Assembly: GCA_002269645.1 (NCBI GenBank)
Contig: NIVC01002471.1
Coordinates: forward strand, 62,001 to 126,000
Direction of reading: 5' to 3'
DNA length: 64,000 nucleotides
DNA from: Macrostomum lignano
Lineage: Eukaryota
In this document: one piece after another, positions 61,301 through 64,000 of the stretch
Numbering within the stretch: position 1 is the first letter of the stretch
Layout: each line of letters begins with the position of its first letter
Made by a program: the position numbers and the translations under genes
The notes under the pieces: model-generated
The model's database searches: none
The model's input: only the letters and a program-made list of their open reading frames with translations
Told to the model about the DNA's origin: nothing

Positions 61301-63968
61301 TCTGGATTCCCAGCCGATGTCAGCAGAAGCAGCTTGGCACCATTGCGACCGGGCTTCTCCTTCAGAAAGACCGTGAAGTCACAGTCCACGCCCCAGTAGA
61401 CAACCAGAGTTTCGTCGATGCAGAGGTACGGCCCGGAAAGAACAGGATGGCGCAGCTGACTGACAAAGGTGTCCCACAGGCGTCGGATGCCGTAAAGCTT
61501 GTCCGTTGCGGCAGTCCGCTGACGATGTTCGGCAGTTTTGAATTTAACATGGTGCAAAAGCATTGTATAATACGCAGCCATGCCTGGTTTGGTGCTTTTG
61601 TGAAAAAGCACGATGTTGGCGGTGTCAACTCGTCGGGGCCGCGTGGTGGCACTCCGTTGAAGGTTCCGAAGGTCGCCTGTATGTCTACAGGTCAGCCTAG
61701 AGGGTCGCCATCGTCCATTTCATTCACCGATTATGTCTACTGACTGAATGCTGCATGCAGAAGACGATTCTTCCACTTCAGTTTTGGAAACGCAGCCGTC
61801 TCTGAGATACTGATCGGGAGCTTTTGTTGAAGGTCCCGACGGTCGCCGCCGATGCTCCAGACGGTGATGAAGGGGACCCTGGTACCTGGGATGCTGAGAA
61901 CAAAGGCCTCTACGACAGATGGACCCGAATTATTGAGCCAATATGGATTCACCATAAAGGTTTATACAGTGTAGTGTTGGTTGTCCTTGCCACCAGTGTC
62001 TTCGACAAGAATCGTTGAATATCTCGGCGATGCTGACGTCGGATGACTTTAAAAAAAGTTAGTTCGTCGGAAAGCCCGGAAAATTTTGATCCATATGGTG
62101 GACTTTTAGGAAAATCGGTAATTCGGTTTGCGAGCTATCGTGAAATGGGTCGTGTGTATTTGTAATACACCCCCGTGGTCTTTCCCATGGGCTAAAATAG
62201 CGTGGTCTTTCTACTGTTCTTAGTAGCATGTTACTCAAGCTTCAACTTGTGGAGCCTTCATAATTTACTATTGGGTTGGGATATGGTATCCTGGTGGAAT
62301 GTTATGAGAAGAAAAGTTTTTGAAATGAAAAGTTTAGAAAAATTGAGATTATTAAGTTATAGGGTTTGTAAAGTTTTGGAGTTACAAGCTGGTAGTATGG
62401 GGTTCAATAGGTTCAAGGGGCTCATGGGGTTCATGGGGGTTCAAGAGGTACAAGGGGGCCAAAGGTCACTGGGTACAGATTCTAACCAACCTGAACTGCA
62501 GCACCTTGATTCTCGCCAGCATGTCCACGTGCCCAGCAGAATATTGCTCAATCACATCCTTAACATCGTACGGTCGAAGTGCTTCCCGAAATTTCTTCCT
62601 CGCAACGAAGTATTTGATTCTTCTAATCACTCGAATAGCGGTCTTGTGCACCTCGGTGAGCTTCATTGGCGTTTCCTCTTCTGGAATAACATTCGATAAG
62701 ATAGACAAAGTGCATCATGTCTTTATTAATTTATGGGTCCCAATCTTCTCACCGTCATGCGCAATTGACGTCAGCGACGGTTGCTGCTCCAAGTTAGCGG
62801 CGCTGGTGGCAGCTGCTTCAGTCATTGCCAGCGACACGTGGCTTCTGAAATGGCCAGCATTCGCTCCGGTTATGATGTCTTTTCAGTTATCTTTGTTGAC
62901 TTGTTTTCAGTTTATTTAGATTAGTTGACTTTCTCATTCAAGTTGCTCAAGACAACTGTACAAAGGACAGTAACTAAAATCGTGTAGTACGCATGACTCC
63001 AGGCGTCTTTTACAAGGCAGAGCTATAGAAAGCTTACAGAGCAATTAGTAAAGCTAAAACAATCAACAAAGCGATTGCAAGTTAAAAGGCAAAGGTAAAC
63101 GTGCGCGAGTTCACGCGGATGAATTGGTCGAAAAAATCGATAAAAACTAAACAGAGAATAAAAACACGTTTACAGTGCGTCAAGCCTGCAAAAGAGAGGA
63201 AATGAGAAAGAGACTTTTGTTCTTCACCGCAGAGAGGAGGCGAGATCCGTGAACTTCCGCATCATGGATTTTTTCCCAGGTTCAGGGGGAACCCGCTGCA
63301 GTTGTTGTTCTTGCTGCTGCTGCTGCTGTTCCTGAGGCTGAGCAGTGTGCGCGATGGAATCCGCATCTGAGCACAAGGCATCTTCATCAACCGAGGACAA
63401 CTCACTGTAAGTTGTCGTGATCGGGGAGGTTGTAGTTGCGTGTGCCAAAAAAGCATTTTTGTGCAACCTTCTCAAAGTTGAATTTGTTCACAGGCAGTCA
63501 CTGCGGAATGCATGCAGGAACAGCAATATCGTGCCCTTATTTAGATGAAGCCAAGCACAGGTTAGTTGAAAACGCAGATTGAAAATTCTAGCTAAATCGA
63601 ACTTGCTTTATCTTTGGGCTCACTGCAGGGTGCAATCGAGCTACAGCAAATTAATGACAGCGTATGCACTCACTTCCCAACAGCGAATGCGACCTCCGCG
63701 GCAGCCTGCGGATTGGCGGGGTCCAGGTCCGGCATGGCGTTGCGTCGAATCGGCGTGTAGCTGCCGGATGCGTGCGTCCGCTCCGACTTGTTCCGCTTTA
63801 TCGTGGACAGGCGGCCGAACTTACTGCAATAATTCTTAGTTAGTTAGCTTAGTACTGCCGAAAGTTGGCTCAGGACAGGAGGCAAGCAGTTCTGCCAATT
63901 CCTCTCATCCCTGAGCACCCACACGGGTACGTACTCGGGCACATGCTCACGCAGGATGTACAGGGGAC
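58393..63968 (-). CDS. KCNQ: KCNQ (Kv7) voltage-gated potassium channel, cytoplasmic C-terminal half; TM exons lie beyond the window
   Basis: Helix B/C: [58 protein letters not shown]; helix D: [26 protein letters not shown]. Predicted exons 63968-63923 (weak), 63823-63674, 63404-63228, 62844-62753, 62680-62491, 59765-59669 and 59337-58393, phase-consistent. Confidence 0.93.
59863..62216. mobile_element. piggyBac-family element with long inverted arms, inside a KCNQ intron
   Basis: TTAA|CAATAGAAAGATCATGGGGGTGTATT at the left. At the right, rc CCCATGGGAAAGACCACGGGGGTGTATT next to CTAA (62192-62195), plus a second TIR-like end at 62202-62216. Contains a transposase remnant. Confidence 0.8.
60660..61700 (-). 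pseudogene. piggyBac (PGBD4-like) transposase pseudogene
   Basis: Disrupted frames: [29 protein letters not shown]; EICTGK; [13 protein letters not shown]; FLGTVM; [18 protein letters not shown]. The segment carrying the third catalytic Asp is deleted, and a Cys-rich tail remnant ([14 protein letters not shown]) lies at ~60660-60780. Confidence 0.85.
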
Positions 63969-64000
63969 CTGACTTTCTCATTGTCAGTGACCCTCTTTCT

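Noticed and set aside
62390-62460. GGGGTTCA(T/A) repeats as a collagen-like or telomere-like sequence
   Set aside because: A short low-complexity patch in a KCNQ intron; not TTAGGG, and no sustained Gly-X-Y ORF with splice sites.

Overview
Eukaryotic (metazoan) genomic DNA. It has GC-rich spliced exons, GT-AG introns, many minisatellites and many decayed DNA transposons and SINEs. This style suggests a free-living flatworm such as Macrostomum, but that is inference, not shown. Eight protein-coding genes were reconstructed by eye with phase-consistent splice sites: the 3' end of a protocadherin (+), an intronless DEG/ENaC channel (+), an odd-skipped/Osr zinc-finger gene (-), CBP/p300 (-), an MFSD4-like MFS transporter (-), ERp44 (+), a cAMP-receptor-like 7TM protein (+) and the 3' part of a KCNQ channel (-). 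Mobile DNA includes two mariner remnants, several MITEs (two hAT-type with perfect 8-bp TSDs), a piggyBac pseudogene with long inverted arms inside a KCNQ intron, a CORE-type tRNA-SINE and a second SINE family. About a dozen spacer-free tandem arrays and a (GATA)n tract are present; there is no CRISPR, rRNA or true tRNA gene. The most unusual signals are: (1) two AT-rich domains where CpG is eroded, apparently also by CG>AG/CT transversions; (2) the palindromic piggyBac in the KCNQ intron; (3) 3' splice acceptors 1-5 nt before the ATG of most genes, suggesting SL trans-splicing; (4) non-canonical channel and receptor motifs. No searches or computations were run, and exon boundaries are manual predictions.
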